Source of the DNA: Candidatus Nanoarchaeia archaeon
Lineage (GTDB): Archaea; Nanobdellota; Nanobdellia; Woesearchaeales; WJIZ01
Assembly (NCBI GenBank): GCA_028279765.1
Contig: JANQND010000002.1
Coordinates: 28,784-92,783, forward strand
DNA: 64,000 nt
Direction of reading: 5' to 3'
Shown: one piece after another, positions 19,096 to 27,696 of the stretch
Position numbering within the stretch: the stretch's first letter is position 1
Layout: every line of letters begins with the position of its first letter
Made by a program: the position numbers and the translations under genes
The notes under the pieces: generated by a model
What the model was told of the DNA's origin: nothing
Database searches by the model: none
What the model saw: the letters and a program-made list of their open reading frames with translations, nothing else

Positions 19096-19873
19096 AGTGG
19101 CTGAAGAAAGAAAATCAAGATCACAAGACCAAAGAAACCAGGAAGCTTTCGATCCTGAAGCTTGGCAACCAAAGACAGAGCTAGGCAAAAGGGTAAAGGA
19201 AGGGAAAATCAAGGATATTGATGAAATCCTCGATCAGGGCGAGAAAATCCTCGAGCCGCAGATCGTTGATATGCTGCTTCCGGGAATGGAATCAGAGTTG
19301 CTCTTAGTAGGGCAGTCCAAAGGTAAGTTCGGCGGCGGCCAGCGGCGTGTATTCAAGCAGACCCAGAAAAAAACCGCTGAAGGAAACCGGCCTAAATTTT
19401 CCACTGTTGTGGTTATTGGAAATAAAAACGGATATGTAGGGATCGGGTATGGAAAATCCAAAGAGACCGTTCCTGCGCGTGAAAAAGCGATCCGTGATGC
19501 AAAATTAAACATCATTAAGATCAGAAGAGGATCCGGATCCTGGGAAGACAGCTCAGATGAGCCGCACAGTATTCCTTTTGCCGTTGAAGGCAAATCCGGA
19601 TCAGTAAAGGTAAAATTACTTCCTGCTCCGCGCGGAACCGGTTTGTGCGCACACAAGGAAGTGCAGAAAATCCTGCGATTAGCTGGAGTAGAAAATGTCT
19701 GGTCCAGGACACTGGGCAAAAAGAACACTACCATGAATCTCATCAAAGCATGCGATCAGGCGCTCAAAAATGTCATGGCCATGAAATATAGTGATGATAT
19801 GAATGTTGTTGAAGGCGCGTATAAGAAAAAAATTCAGGAAGAATTCGAAGAAGTAGCAGAGGAAGAACAGTAA
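19088..19873 (+). CDS. rps5: 30S ribosomal protein uS5
   Basis: WQPKTELG and LPAPRGTGL motifs; start could be GTG 19097. Confidence 0.96.
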   Translation: MHKVAEERKSRSQDQRNQEAFDPEAWQPKTELGKRVKEGKIKDIDEILDQGEKILEPQIVDMLLPGMESELLLVGQSKGKFGGGQRRVFKQTQKKTAEGNRPKFSTVVVIGNKNGYVGIGYGKSKETVPAREKAIRDAKLNIIKIRRGSGSWEDSSDEPHSIPFAVEGKSGSVKVKLLPAPRGTGLCAHKEVQKILRLAGVENVWSRTLGKKNTTMNLIKACDQALKNVMAMKYSDDMNVVEGAYKKKIQEEFEEVAEEEQ

Positions 19874-19874
19874 G

Positions 19875-20306
19875 ATGTCAAAAATCGCAATCGTTCGAGT
19901 ACGGGGAATCATAAATACACGAAAAGAAATAGAATCCACCATGAAGATGCTTCATCTGCATAATAAAAACTATGCAGTAGTGGTCGAGGATACTCCCCAG
20001 AACAAAGGCATGATCTCAAAAGTAAAGGATTTTGTAACCTTCGGCCCGCTTGACGAGGAAACCTTCAAAGAGATGGTTTCAAAGCGCGGTGAAGAATACA
20101 CCGGTAGGTTAACGGACAGCAAGGGCAAGATTGAGTACAAGACAAAATATGTTGAAGTAGACGGAAAGAAGTATAAGAAGTTCTTCCGTCTGTCTCCTCC
20201 GAAAAAAGGCTATGGTGCGAAAGGCATCAAGCAGTCCTTTGTAAAGGGCGGTGCCTTGGGCAATCGCGGAGAGAAAATGAGTGATCTTATCAAGAGGATG
20301 ATCTAA
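19875..20306 (+). CDS. rpl30: 50S ribosomal protein uL30
   Basis: IAIVRVRG, FRLSPPKKG and GGALGNRG motifs. Confidence 0.96.
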   Translation: MSKIAIVRVRGIINTRKEIESTMKMLHLHNKNYAVVVEDTPQNKGMISKVKDFVTFGPLDEETFKEMVSKRGEEYTGRLTDSKGKIEYKTKYVEVDGKKYKKFFRLSPPKKGYGAKGIKQSFVKGGALGNRGEKMSDLIKRMI

Positions 20307-20307
20307 A

Positions 20308-20757
20308 ATGGTCGTTAATCAGCGTAAAAAAAATACCAGGCAGCGTGCCAAGACTACCCACGGATGGGGTTCCATGAAGAAACACCGCGGTAAGGGTAAC
20401 AAGGGCGGTGCAGGTATGGCAGGAACAGGAAAGCGCGGCGATGCCAAAAAGCCCTCGATCTGGAAACGAAAATACTTCGGAAAATTCGGCTTCAAGAAGA
20501 AAGGCCAAGCCGCTGATGTTAATGCACTCACCCTCTATCAGTTAAATGAAAAGATCGAACAGCTGGTTGCACAGGACAAAGTAACCAAAAAAGAAGATAC
20601 ATTTATAATTGACCTCAATTCCTTTGGATATAACAAGCTTCTAGGCTCTGGCGTGATGAGCAAAAAAGTCAACGTGACCGTTGATTCTGCCTCAGAGAGT
20701 GCCAAAAGTAAGATTAATAAAGCCGGCGGAGAAGTAATCACCAAGAAAGAGGAATAA
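20308..20757 (+). CDS. rpl15: 50S ribosomal protein uL15
   Basis: THGWGSMKKHRGKGNKGGAGMAG and KLLGSG motifs. Confidence 0.97.
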   Translation: MVVNQRKKNTRQRAKTTHGWGSMKKHRGKGNKGGAGMAGTGKRGDAKKPSIWKRKYFGKFGFKKKGQAADVNALTLYQLNEKIEQLVAQDKVTKKEDTFIIDLNSFGYNKLLGSGVMSKKVNVTVDSASESAKSKINKAGGEVITKKEE

Positions 20758-20761
20758 CGGT

Positions 20762-22180
20762 ATGTCTTTGTTCAAAAACATCATCTATAACCTTCCTGAG
20801 GTTGGTGGTCCCACCCAAAAAAAGCTCTCCTTTAAGGAAAAGCTCAAGTGGACCATGCTGATTCTCGTTATTTATTTCGTATTAGGGCTATTTCCTTTGT
20901 TTGGATTGGGACAGAATTCCCTGCAGAATTTTGAATTTCTCTCTATTATCTTAGGCGCACAGTTCGGATCCATTATTAGTTTAGGTATTGGTCCTATTGT
21001 TACCTCTTCTATCGTTTTACAGCTATTGAACGGATCCGGCATTGTGAAGTTTGATCTGTCTTCACATGAAGGAAAAAAGACCTTTCAGGGCGTGCAGAAA
21101 TTGTTATCACTCTTCTTCATTGTCTTTGAAGGCGCTATCTACGTCTTCATGGGCGGACTTGCTCCTTCTGCAAATTATGCAGGAACGCCGTTATTTCTTC
21201 AGCTGCAGTTAGTATTGATCTTCCAGTTAATACTTGGAGGTATCATGATCCTCTTCATGGACGAGGTAGTCTCTAAATGGGGCTTTGGCTCCGGAATCAG
21301 CCTCTTTATTGCAGCAGGAGTATCACAATCTATCTTTATTCAGGCTTTTAACTGGCTTCCCGGCCCAACAGGTCTTGAAGGGGTGACGTACTCTGCTGGT
21401 GCGATTCCTTCATTATTCCAGGCATTAAGTCAGGGCGATCCAACTACTGCTGGAATCAATTTAGCTGCTTTGCTTTCTACTGTCTTAGTGTTTGTGGTTG
21501 TTGTGTATGTGCAGGCAATGAAGGTAGAAATTCCTTTATCTTTCGGCAGGGTTCGAGGTCACGGTATTCGCTGGCCTTTGTCATTCATCTATACGTCCAA
21601 TATCCCGGTTATTTTGGTTGCTGCCCTCTTAGCTAATTTACAGCTTTGGGGTACCTTACTGCAAAACTGGATCGGTCCTAATATATTCGGTCGCTTTTCC
21701 GAGACCACCGGCCAGGCTGTAGGTGGTTTTGTGTACTGGGTACAGGCACCGAATATTGTGCGAACAATCATTGAGCAAAAAACATTATTCTTTGGATCTG
21801 ATCTGTATATCCAGTGTATCGTGTATGCCCTCTTTATGATTGCGGGGTCTGTTGTTTTCTCCGTCTTTTGGGTGCAGACCGCAGGCATGGATGCGCGCAG
21901 CCAGGCAAAGCAAATGATGTCTTCAGGACTGCAGATTCCTGGTTTTAGAAAAGACCAGAGAGTATTAGAGAGTTTGCTTAATAGGTATATTTGGCCCTTA
22001 ACCGTGATGGGCGGTGCAAGCGTTGGTTTAATGGCAGCGTTAGCGGATTTAACCGGTGCTCTGTCCCGTGGTACTGGAATATTGTTAGCAGTGATGATTA
22101 TTTATAAGTTATATGAAGATATTGCAAAACAGCACGCAATGGACATGAACCCAATGATGAGAAAATTCATGGGCAAGTAA
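20762..22180 (+). CDS. secY: Preprotein translocase subunit SecY
   Basis: LGIGPIVT, KWGFGSGISLFIA and YTSNIP motifs; multiple TM helices; follows L15. Confidence 0.97.
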   Translation: MSLFKNIIYNLPEVGGPTQKKLSFKEKLKWTMLILVIYFVLGLFPLFGLGQNSLQNFEFLSIILGAQFGSIISLGIGPIVTSSIVLQLLNGSGIVKFDLSSHEGKKTFQGVQKLLSLFFIVFEGAIYVFMGGLAPSANYAGTPLFLQLQLVLIFQLILGGIMILFMDEVVSKWGFGSGISLFIAAGVSQSIFIQAFNWLPGPTGLEGVTYSAGAIPSLFQALSQGDPTTAGINLAALLSTVLVFVVVVYVQAMKVEIPLSFGRVRGHGIRWPLSFIYTSNIPVILVAALLANLQLWGTLLQNWIGPNIFGRFSETTGQAVGGFVYWVQAPNIVRTIIEQKTLFFGSDLYIQCIVYALFMIAGSVVFSVFWVQTAGMDARSQAKQMMSSGLQIPGFRKDQRVLESLLNRYIWPLTVMGGASVGLMAALADLTGALSRGTGILLAVMIIYKLYEDIAKQHAMDMNPMMRKFMGK

Positions 22181-22197
22181 GTAAAAAGAGGTAAACA

Positions 22198-22953
22198 ATG
22201 GCATTCGAAGATCTTCTGGACCCTATATTAAATCCCTTATTATCACTTGATCCTTTATATTCTGTTATTGTAATGTCTTTCATTATTTCGCTTCTTATTA
22301 CGGTTATTTACAAATTGACAACTAATCAGGATTTAATGAAGCGCCTGAAAACCGAAATGAAAGAGCTGCAAAAAGAGATGAAAGAACTGCGTGAGCATCC
22401 TGAAAAAATGATGCAGGTGCAGAAAAAAGCCATGGAAACCAACATGAAGTACATGATGCAGTCTTTCAAATCAACACTGTATACTTTGCTTCCGATTATA
22501 TTACTGTTTTCCTGGATGAATGCGCACTATGCCTTTATGCCAATTGCTCCTCAGGAACCGTTTCAGATGGAATTATCCTTTGCGCGCGGAACCACTGGGA
22601 ATGTTACAGCTATTGTTCCTTTGGGAATTACTGTTGTTGGTGACGCTGTTATTCCTGTGGTGAATGATAAAGCAATCTTTACGTTTAAAGGGGTTGCCGG
22701 ATCTTACTTAGAAGGGAATTCCATTAAGTTCGAGCATCGCGGCAAACCCGCCTTCAAAGAGGTTATTATTAACACCGGTTACGAATATACTGAAAAGGAC
22801 AAACCGATTAAGAATAGCGAATTAAAAACGATTTCCATTGATTATAAGAAGCGAATTGTTCTTCCGGTAATTAACTGGGGTTGGTTAGGATCGTATATTA
22901 TTTTTTCTATTGTATTTAGTATGTCGCTTAGGAAGATTATGAAGGTTTATTAG
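22198..22953 (+). CDS. DUF106 / EMC3-TMCO1 (Oxa1 superfamily) membrane insertase
   Basis: TM, Met-rich coiled coil, TM, then GWLGSYIIFS at the C-terminus; canonical position after secY. Confidence 0.88.
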   Translation: MAFEDLLDPILNPLLSLDPLYSVIVMSFIISLLITVIYKLTTNQDLMKRLKTEMKELQKEMKELREHPEKMMQVQKKAMETNMKYMMQSFKSTLYTLLPIILLFSWMNAHYAFMPIAPQEPFQMELSFARGTTGNVTAIVPLGITVVGDAVIPVVNDKAIFTFKGVAGSYLEGNSIKFEHRGKPAFKEVIINTGYEYTEKDKPIKNSELKTISIDYKKRIVLPVINWGWLGSYIIFSIVFSMSLRKIMKVY

Positions 22954-23033
22954 GGATTGATTTCTGTGTGTTGTTGATCTATTAAGCGAGTGTTTAGTTC
23001 GTCTAATAGTGTGTTTCAATTGAGAAAAAGCTA

Positions 23034-23228
23034 CTAGATGAGGTCCTTTAATCTCCTAAATACTTCAAATAAGAATACAATTAATAGTACAAATAAGGCG
23101 AAGATAAACAAATTTGGATTAATAAAAGCATTCTGACCTAATTCGTCCGCAAGAAAGTTAACTAGGTAAACTAAAAAAATTATTACAACAACACCGCTTA
23201 CAATTTCTGATAATTTTTCTTTTGCCAT
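23034..23228 (-). CDS. Small 2-TM membrane protein
   Basis: 64-aa ORF with two hydrophobic helices, 1 bp from the upstream ORF. Confidence 0.55.
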   Translation of the reverse strand: MAKEKLSEIVSGVVVIIFLVYLVNFLADELGQNAFINPNLFIFALFVLLIVFLFEVFRRLKDLI

Positions 23229-23229
23229 T

Positions 23230-23451
23230 TTATTTACCCATTCTTCCTAAAGTATGTCCGATTGTATATGTAGCTATTGATGAAAAAATTAAGATATAAT
23301 ATTCTGGAATATCTTGTTTTAGAGTAATTGCCTTATAAATTAAGAATCCTGCTATGCACATAGATACTAACACTATTATTGTACTAACAATTAAAAGGCC
23401 AATTTCCTTTTGATGATTGTATCTTTCTTTATCTGACATCAATTCAAGCAT
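23230..23451 (-). CDS. Small 2-TM membrane protein
   Basis: 73-aa ORF with two hydrophobic helices. Confidence 0.55.
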   Translation of the reverse strand: MLELMSDKERYNHQKEIGLLIVSTIIVLVSMCIAGFLIYKAITLKQDIPEYYILIFSSIATYTIGHTLGRMGK

Positions 23452-23630
23452 ATGTTACCCATTTATTTATACTTTTCTATGATTTGTGGGGATACTCAAA
23501 TATTGCTCCTATAATCGAACGGCAAAGTCCTCATTATTGCTCATTGCTAATATTTTGGGCTTCACAAAACCAGAAAAAGTGGAGAAGTATTATGCTTTAT
23601 GAGTTGTTTTGGTCATCAACTATAAACTAT

Positions 23631-24389
23631 TTAATTGTCAAGAACATAACTTCCATGCTTTGTTTGAATAATCAACCTTTTGCCTTCCTCACTTGCTTTA
23701 TCCCAGCATCCTGAGACAAGTTTTTTTCCCAATAATATTTGGTCTTCTGGAGCAAGATCTAGATTGAGGTTTAGTCGAGATATTTCCTGATAACGAACGC
23801 CATCTTCATGACACTCTTTTCCCATAAATAGATAGATGAGTGGACTCAAATCCCCTAAGTTAACTTTGCGACTGCCTAGTAAACTATGTTTGTGAGAGAG
23901 TAGTTTTTCAAGCTGTCCATACACAAACTGCCAGATATCGTGAGCCTTGTTACTTAATTCTTTTATAGGACTACTCAGTTGTTTTAAAGCTCTGTAGCTT
24001 TCTCCATCATGCTCAAATATTGGGTCGATTTGAGTTAGCAATGATTCTTTCCCCATAATCAGTTTATTAGCATGTAGTATAAGATAGCACATCGAAGAGC
24101 CAGCAACAGAGGGTACAAAACAACTATAGTATGCCAATTTGTTTCGAAGTAAGTATGACATGAGCAATGCTGTCCTGAAATCTCCGCCTGACCCGCTCAA
24201 AATAACATTGCAATTGTTTAGTTTTTGAAATTTGGTTTCCTGTTGAATAGCACACATTAGGAAGTTTTCATCACCCTCCATTATCCCCTCTTCATATTCT
24301 GGATTATAAATAATTGCTATTGTCCTTCTGCCAGTCAGCTCTTCTAATTTCCTACAGAGCATCATATTTTGATCTTCCATATTCAGCAT
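23631..24389 (-). CDS. SDH_sah / ClpP-class serine protease-like protein
   Basis: SGSGGD...FVPSVAGSS..LIL.ANKLIMG..S.LTQIDP matches the SPGG / AxSA / LGPIDP pattern of the SDH family. Confidence 0.72.
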   Translation of the reverse strand: MLNMEDQNMMLCRKLEELTGRRTIAIIYNPEYEEGIMEGDENFLMCAIQQETKFQKLNNCNVILSGSGGDFRTALLMSYLLRNKLAYYSCFVPSVAGSSMCYLILHANKLIMGKESLLTQIDPIFEHDGESYRALKQLSSPIKELSNKAHDIWQFVYGQLEKLLSHKHSLLGSRKVNLGDLSPLIYLFMGKECHEDGVRYQEISRLNLNLDLAPEDQILLGKKLVSGCWDKASEEGKRLIIQTKHGSYVLDN

Positions 24390-24557
24390 AATCTATTGGA
24401 ATATTTTAGTTTTACTACACAAAATTTAAATATGACAAAAAACTACAGCTTAAATGAGGGGAAAAGGTGAATAAAAGGGTCAAAAAAACTGTTTTTTGGC
24501 TAAAAATTAACACATCCATAGAAATATTTATATACATAAATAACGGGGGGTTAGAAT

Positions 24558-24776
24558 ATGGTGAACAAAAAGAGAGTACAGGTAGAGCTATCTAAAGACG
24601 CTGTTAAGGAGCTCGAGGGATTACGAGATTCACTAAATCTTGGATCGGTTGCTGATGTAATTCGAAGTAGCCTTAAGATGAGGAAATATTTGGATCTTGA
24701 ACAAAAAGCTGGAAATGAAGTGATTCTCCGCAATAAGAAGACAAAGAGAGAAAAAGAAGTAGTCTTTGGCATTTAA
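24558..24776 (+). CDS. Ribbon-helix-helix DNA-binding protein
   Basis: KRVQVELSKDAVKELE...SVADVIRSSL RHH pattern; G-rich ribosome-binding site and TTTATATA box upstream. Confidence 0.75.
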   Translation: MVNKKRVQVELSKDAVKELEGLRDSLNLGSVADVIRSSLKMRKYLDLEQKAGNEVILRNKKTKREKEVVFGI

Positions 24777-24816
24777 TTTAAAGTTTTTAAAGAGGTGATA
24801 TAAAGAGGATAGAAGT

Positions 24817-25074
24817 ATGACTAAAGACTTTAAAGAAGAATTAGATGAGTTTTCATCTAAGTTTACCGGCAATAACATAAAGATTTATAATAAGCCCAAA
24901 GAACAAAGATTAACTCTTTATCATATGGTTGTCCATGGGCTTGCATACATGCTCACTGCCTCTTACATAATATTTATCCTTTTCGATCGAAATATTCCAG
25001 AGTCTTTTTCCACTATAATTTCGATCGTCATAGGTTTCTATTTTGCCAAGGCCTTGTTTAATAAAATGGAATAA
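24817..25074 (+). CDS. Small 2-TM membrane protein (holin-like IVIGFYF end)
   Basis: 85-aa ORF with GAGG ribosome-binding site and two C-terminal hydrophobic helices. Confidence 0.6.
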   Translation: MTKDFKEELDEFSSKFTGNNIKIYNKPKEQRLTLYHMVVHGLAYMLTASYIIFILFDRNIPESFSTIISIVIGFYFAKALFNKME

Positions 25075-25139
25075 CTAGGTGCTTGCCAATGTCCTGCATC
25101 TACAAAAAACCAAATTTTCCCCCTTTCACAAGTAGCAAC

Positions 25140-25154
25140 CTTTATAAATGGCCC
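25140..25154 (+). promoter_or_regulatory. TATA-box promoter of L34e-L14e
   Basis: CTTTATAAATGGCCC, identical to 8109-8123, about 25 nt before a leaderless ATG. Confidence 0.65.
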
Positions 25155-25170
25155 AACAATCCTCTAGTGA

Positions 25171-25443
25171 ATGGTTAGAAGAGCATTACGATCACGATCA
25201 CTAAGGAAAGTAAAGGTAAGAACACCTGGATCTAAGGTAGTTACACACTTCAAAAAGCGAAAACCACAGCTTGCTAGATGTGGCAGTTGCGGTTCAACCC
25301 TAAAGGGAGTTCCAAGAGCAACCCCTACGAAGATGAAAAACATGCCGAAATCCCAGAAAAGACCTGAAAGACCATATGGAGGCATACTATGCTCCAAATG
25401 TTCACGCTTAGTATTCAAAGATAAAGCACAATCTCTTGAGTAG
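25171..25443 (+). CDS. rpl34e: 50S ribosomal protein eL34
   Basis: VRTPG, CGSCG and RPERPYGGILCSKC motifs. Confidence 0.96.
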   Translation: MVRRALRSRSLRKVKVRTPGSKVVTHFKKRKPQLARCGSCGSTLKGVPRATPTKMKNMPKSQKRPERPYGGILCSKCSRLVFKDKAQSLE

Positions 25444-25482
25444 ATGGCGACACTACTACAGTGAGTATAGGAGGAAGTAAAA

Positions 25483-25932
25483 ATGTTTGAAATAGGAAGA
25501 ATTTGTATTAAGCTTGCCGGAAGAGATGGCGGGCGTGAAGCAGTAATTGTTGACGTTCTTGACAAGAATTTTGTAACTATTGATGGAAACGTACGCAGAA
25601 GAAAATGCAATATATCGCATCTAGAGCCTACTAAAAAGACCATTGATATCAAAAAAGGCGCATCCCATGAAGAAGTAAAAGCAGAATTCGAAAAGCTCGA
25701 TTTTAAAGTATGGGAAACCAAGCCAAAGCAGGCAAAAGAAAAGCCAAAACCAGTTCGAAATAAGAAAAAATTGCAGCGAAAAGAAGAAGAAGCAAAGAAA
25801 CCTGCAACCAAGAAAAAAGCTGCAAAGGTAGTAAAAGAAGCTGAAGTGGTAGAAGAAAAAAAGACTACGGTAAAAAAGAAAGCTCCAGCTAAAAAAGCTG
25901 CCCCGAAAAAGCCTGCTGAAAAGAAAGAGTAA
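25483..25932 (+). CDS. rpl14e: 50S ribosomal protein eL14 with K/A-rich tail
   Basis: EIGRICIKLAGRDGG and RRKCNISHLEPT motifs; GGAGG ribosome-binding site. Confidence 0.95.
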   Translation: MFEIGRICIKLAGRDGGREAVIVDVLDKNFVTIDGNVRRRKCNISHLEPTKKTIDIKKGASHEEVKAEFEKLDFKVWETKPKQAKEKPKPVRNKKKLQRKEEEAKKPATKKKAAKVVKEAEVVEEKKTTVKKKAPAKKAAPKKPAEKKE

Positions 25933-25965
25933 AGCTTTTTATTCTACAGAGTAATCCCACCTAGT

Positions 25966-26709
25966 ATGGACGCTGCACCATTAGTAGAAATAATCAAAGA
26001 TTATCAGTACGGTCCTATACATACTGTGCAAAATGGAATGCAGATTTTTCAGAATCCAGATACGAAGCAAGTTCTCTTTTCTCCTCTTTATCATCATCTC
26101 AGAGATCTAACCAGTGGCTCTGATACTGAACTGATGAATAGGGCCAGTCGAGATATCAAAAATGCGTACCCTCATCTCCAAATAATAAAAGTGATAGGGC
26201 AGCACCCGGATTTCTTCAATAAGCCGGGGGAAGAACACTGCTATCTTCTAGTAAATGAAAACGATCTCATGTCTGGAAAATCCCAGGTAGAGGATCGAAA
26301 GACCATCAATCAGATAAGAGATCAAGATCCACTCCTTGTAGATCCTAGTTTTAAAAGAGTAGAATCTATTTCTGGAACGGGATACCGAATCGATTCACTT
26401 GTTAGCCAAGAACAACTTATCGGATATTCCAATGAAAAGGTTGTAGAGAACAATCATGGGGTTCCACTAGGAATGACTTCTGAAGGAAATCTCGTGTATA
26501 TCATGGTGAACTTTGACTCAGAAGTTCCCCTGAATATTGGGTTTCAGCAAGCAGGTAAGAAAATTGAGCAATACGAACTAGATACAGATTACAGTCAAAT
26601 CCTTGAGGATGATGCACAAATACTCGAACTCATAGACATTCTCAAACAAAAAGAAATCAAAAAAGCAAAAAAACCTTTCAAAGTAAAACATCAGGTTTTC
26701 ATAAGATAA
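25966..26709 (+). CDS. Hypothetical protein
   Basis: 247-aa ORF with no family I recognise. Confidence 0.55.
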   Translation: MDAAPLVEIIKDYQYGPIHTVQNGMQIFQNPDTKQVLFSPLYHHLRDLTSGSDTELMNRASRDIKNAYPHLQIIKVIGQHPDFFNKPGEEHCYLLVNENDLMSGKSQVEDRKTINQIRDQDPLLVDPSFKRVESISGTGYRIDSLVSQEQLIGYSNEKVVENNHGVPLGMTSEGNLVYIMVNFDSEVPLNIGFQQAGKKIEQYELDTDYSQILEDDAQILELIDILKQKEIKKAKKPFKVKHQVFIR

Positions 26710-26715
26710 AAAAAT

Positions 26716-27300
26716 TTAGCTAGAAACAAACGTAAAGCTAATTCTCACGTCCTTATTCACACCGGTATGCTTCATACCGAAAGGAGTGGTATCCAGTAAG
26801 AAATCAGCAGTTACAGAGTTAGCAGTAACCTCAACAGGGAACGAAACCTCATTCGTTACACCATGGAAAGTCAAATCACCACTCATCACGCCATCAGCTA
26901 AGGATGAAGAAGCAAACCGAATCTCAGGGAAGTTCTCCACATCAAAGAAATCATCGTTCTTTAGATGCTTATCAAGACCGCCAATCCCGGTATTCACAGA
27001 TGCTGCCTGAATAACACCAGAAGCACCTACAACAACACCATCAGAATAAATAAGCGTTCCAGAAATCTCATCAAAGGTTCCGGTATGTGATTTGCCAGGG
27101 CCAAATCCTTCAAACTCAAAGGAGCTTGCAGAAACATCAATAGGCTTGCTATCACCTGAATCAGAATTATCAACTTCAGCAACAATATTACCTGAAGAGT
27201 CAGCAGCAGAAGGTTCAATTTGTGCAACCGTCACATCTGATGGAGGCTGAGCACAGCCAATCAGAAAAACAACAAAGAGCGATAATAAGGCATATCTCAT
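26716..27300 (-). CDS. yceI: YceI-family lipid/polyisoprenoid-binding lipoprotein
   Basis: Lipobox LIGC; SVNTG...DKHLKNDDFFDVENFPEIRF and GDLTFHGVT motifs. Confidence 0.88.
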   Translation of the reverse strand: MRYALLSLFVVFLIGCAQPPSDVTVAQIEPSAADSSGNIVAEVDNSDSGDSKPIDVSASSFEFEGFGPGKSHTGTFDEISGTLIYSDGVVVGASGVIQAASVNTGIGGLDKHLKNDDFFDVENFPEIRFASSSLADGVMSGDLTFHGVTNEVSFPVEVTANSVTADFLLDTTPFGMKHTGVNKDVRISFTFVSS

Positions 27301-27348
27301 GAGAAGAGTTGAAAAAATACTACCTTATAAAGATTATGGTTAATAGTT

Positions 27349-27406
27349 AAAAAAAACTTTTGACCCGGCATGAGGGTTGGGGGAGTGTGTTGATCTGCCG
27401 GGCCAA
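27349..27406 (-). terminator. GC-rich stem-loop followed by a T-tract downstream of the DUF5320-like gene
   Basis: Minus-strand TTGGCCCGGCA/TGCCGGGTCAA stem (one G-U pair) followed by a T-run. Confidence 0.5.
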
Positions 27407-27422
27407 TAAAAAAATCAAATAC

Positions 27423-27593
27423 TTAACTTGCTTTCTGCAAGGAAGCTATTTTTTCATCAACGCCTTTACTCTCGTTGTCCAGCCATTCTTTATACTCGTT
27501 GAGTTTGGCTATTTTCTCTTCCTTAGTCAAAAAGTGTCTTCCGCTGTAGCTGCCGTCTGAGCAGCAGCCTCCCATACTTGTTTCGCATTTCAT
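27423..27593 (-). CDS. Small Cys-containing DUF5320-like protein (56 aa, not in the ORF track)
   Basis: Translated by hand as MKCETSMGGCCSDGSYSGRHFLTKEEKIAKLNEYKEWLDNESKGVDEKIASLQKAS; GGAGGT ribosome-binding site at 27601-27606. Confidence 0.8.
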   Translation of the reverse strand: MKCETSMGGCCSDGSYSGRHFLTKEEKIAKLNEYKEWLDNESKGVDEKIASLQKAS

Positions 27594-27616
27594 GTTCTGT
27601 ACCTCCGAATTCCCTT

Positions 27617-27676
27617 TATTGGGTTTCCAATATCGGATATACGATACTTATATTTAAACTTATCGGTTTTCCGATA
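27617..27676. promoter_or_regulatory. Three palindromic TATYGG-N4-CCRATA operators (putative PadR sites)
   Basis: TATTGG-GTTT-CCAATA 27617-27632, TATCGG-ATAT-ACGATA 27631-27646 and TATCGG-TTTT-CCGATA 27661-27676. Confidence 0.7.
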
Positions 27677-27696
27677 AAAGAAGAAGTTTTATATAG

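Noticed and set aside
22954-25110. Calling the islet an integrated mobile element
   Set aside because: No integrase, transposase, tRNA target or flanking direct repeats seen; kept only as an islet finding
27360-27560. 66-aa + strand ORF
   Set aside because: Antisense to the DUF5320-like gene, which has a strong ribosome-binding site and a recognisable family pattern
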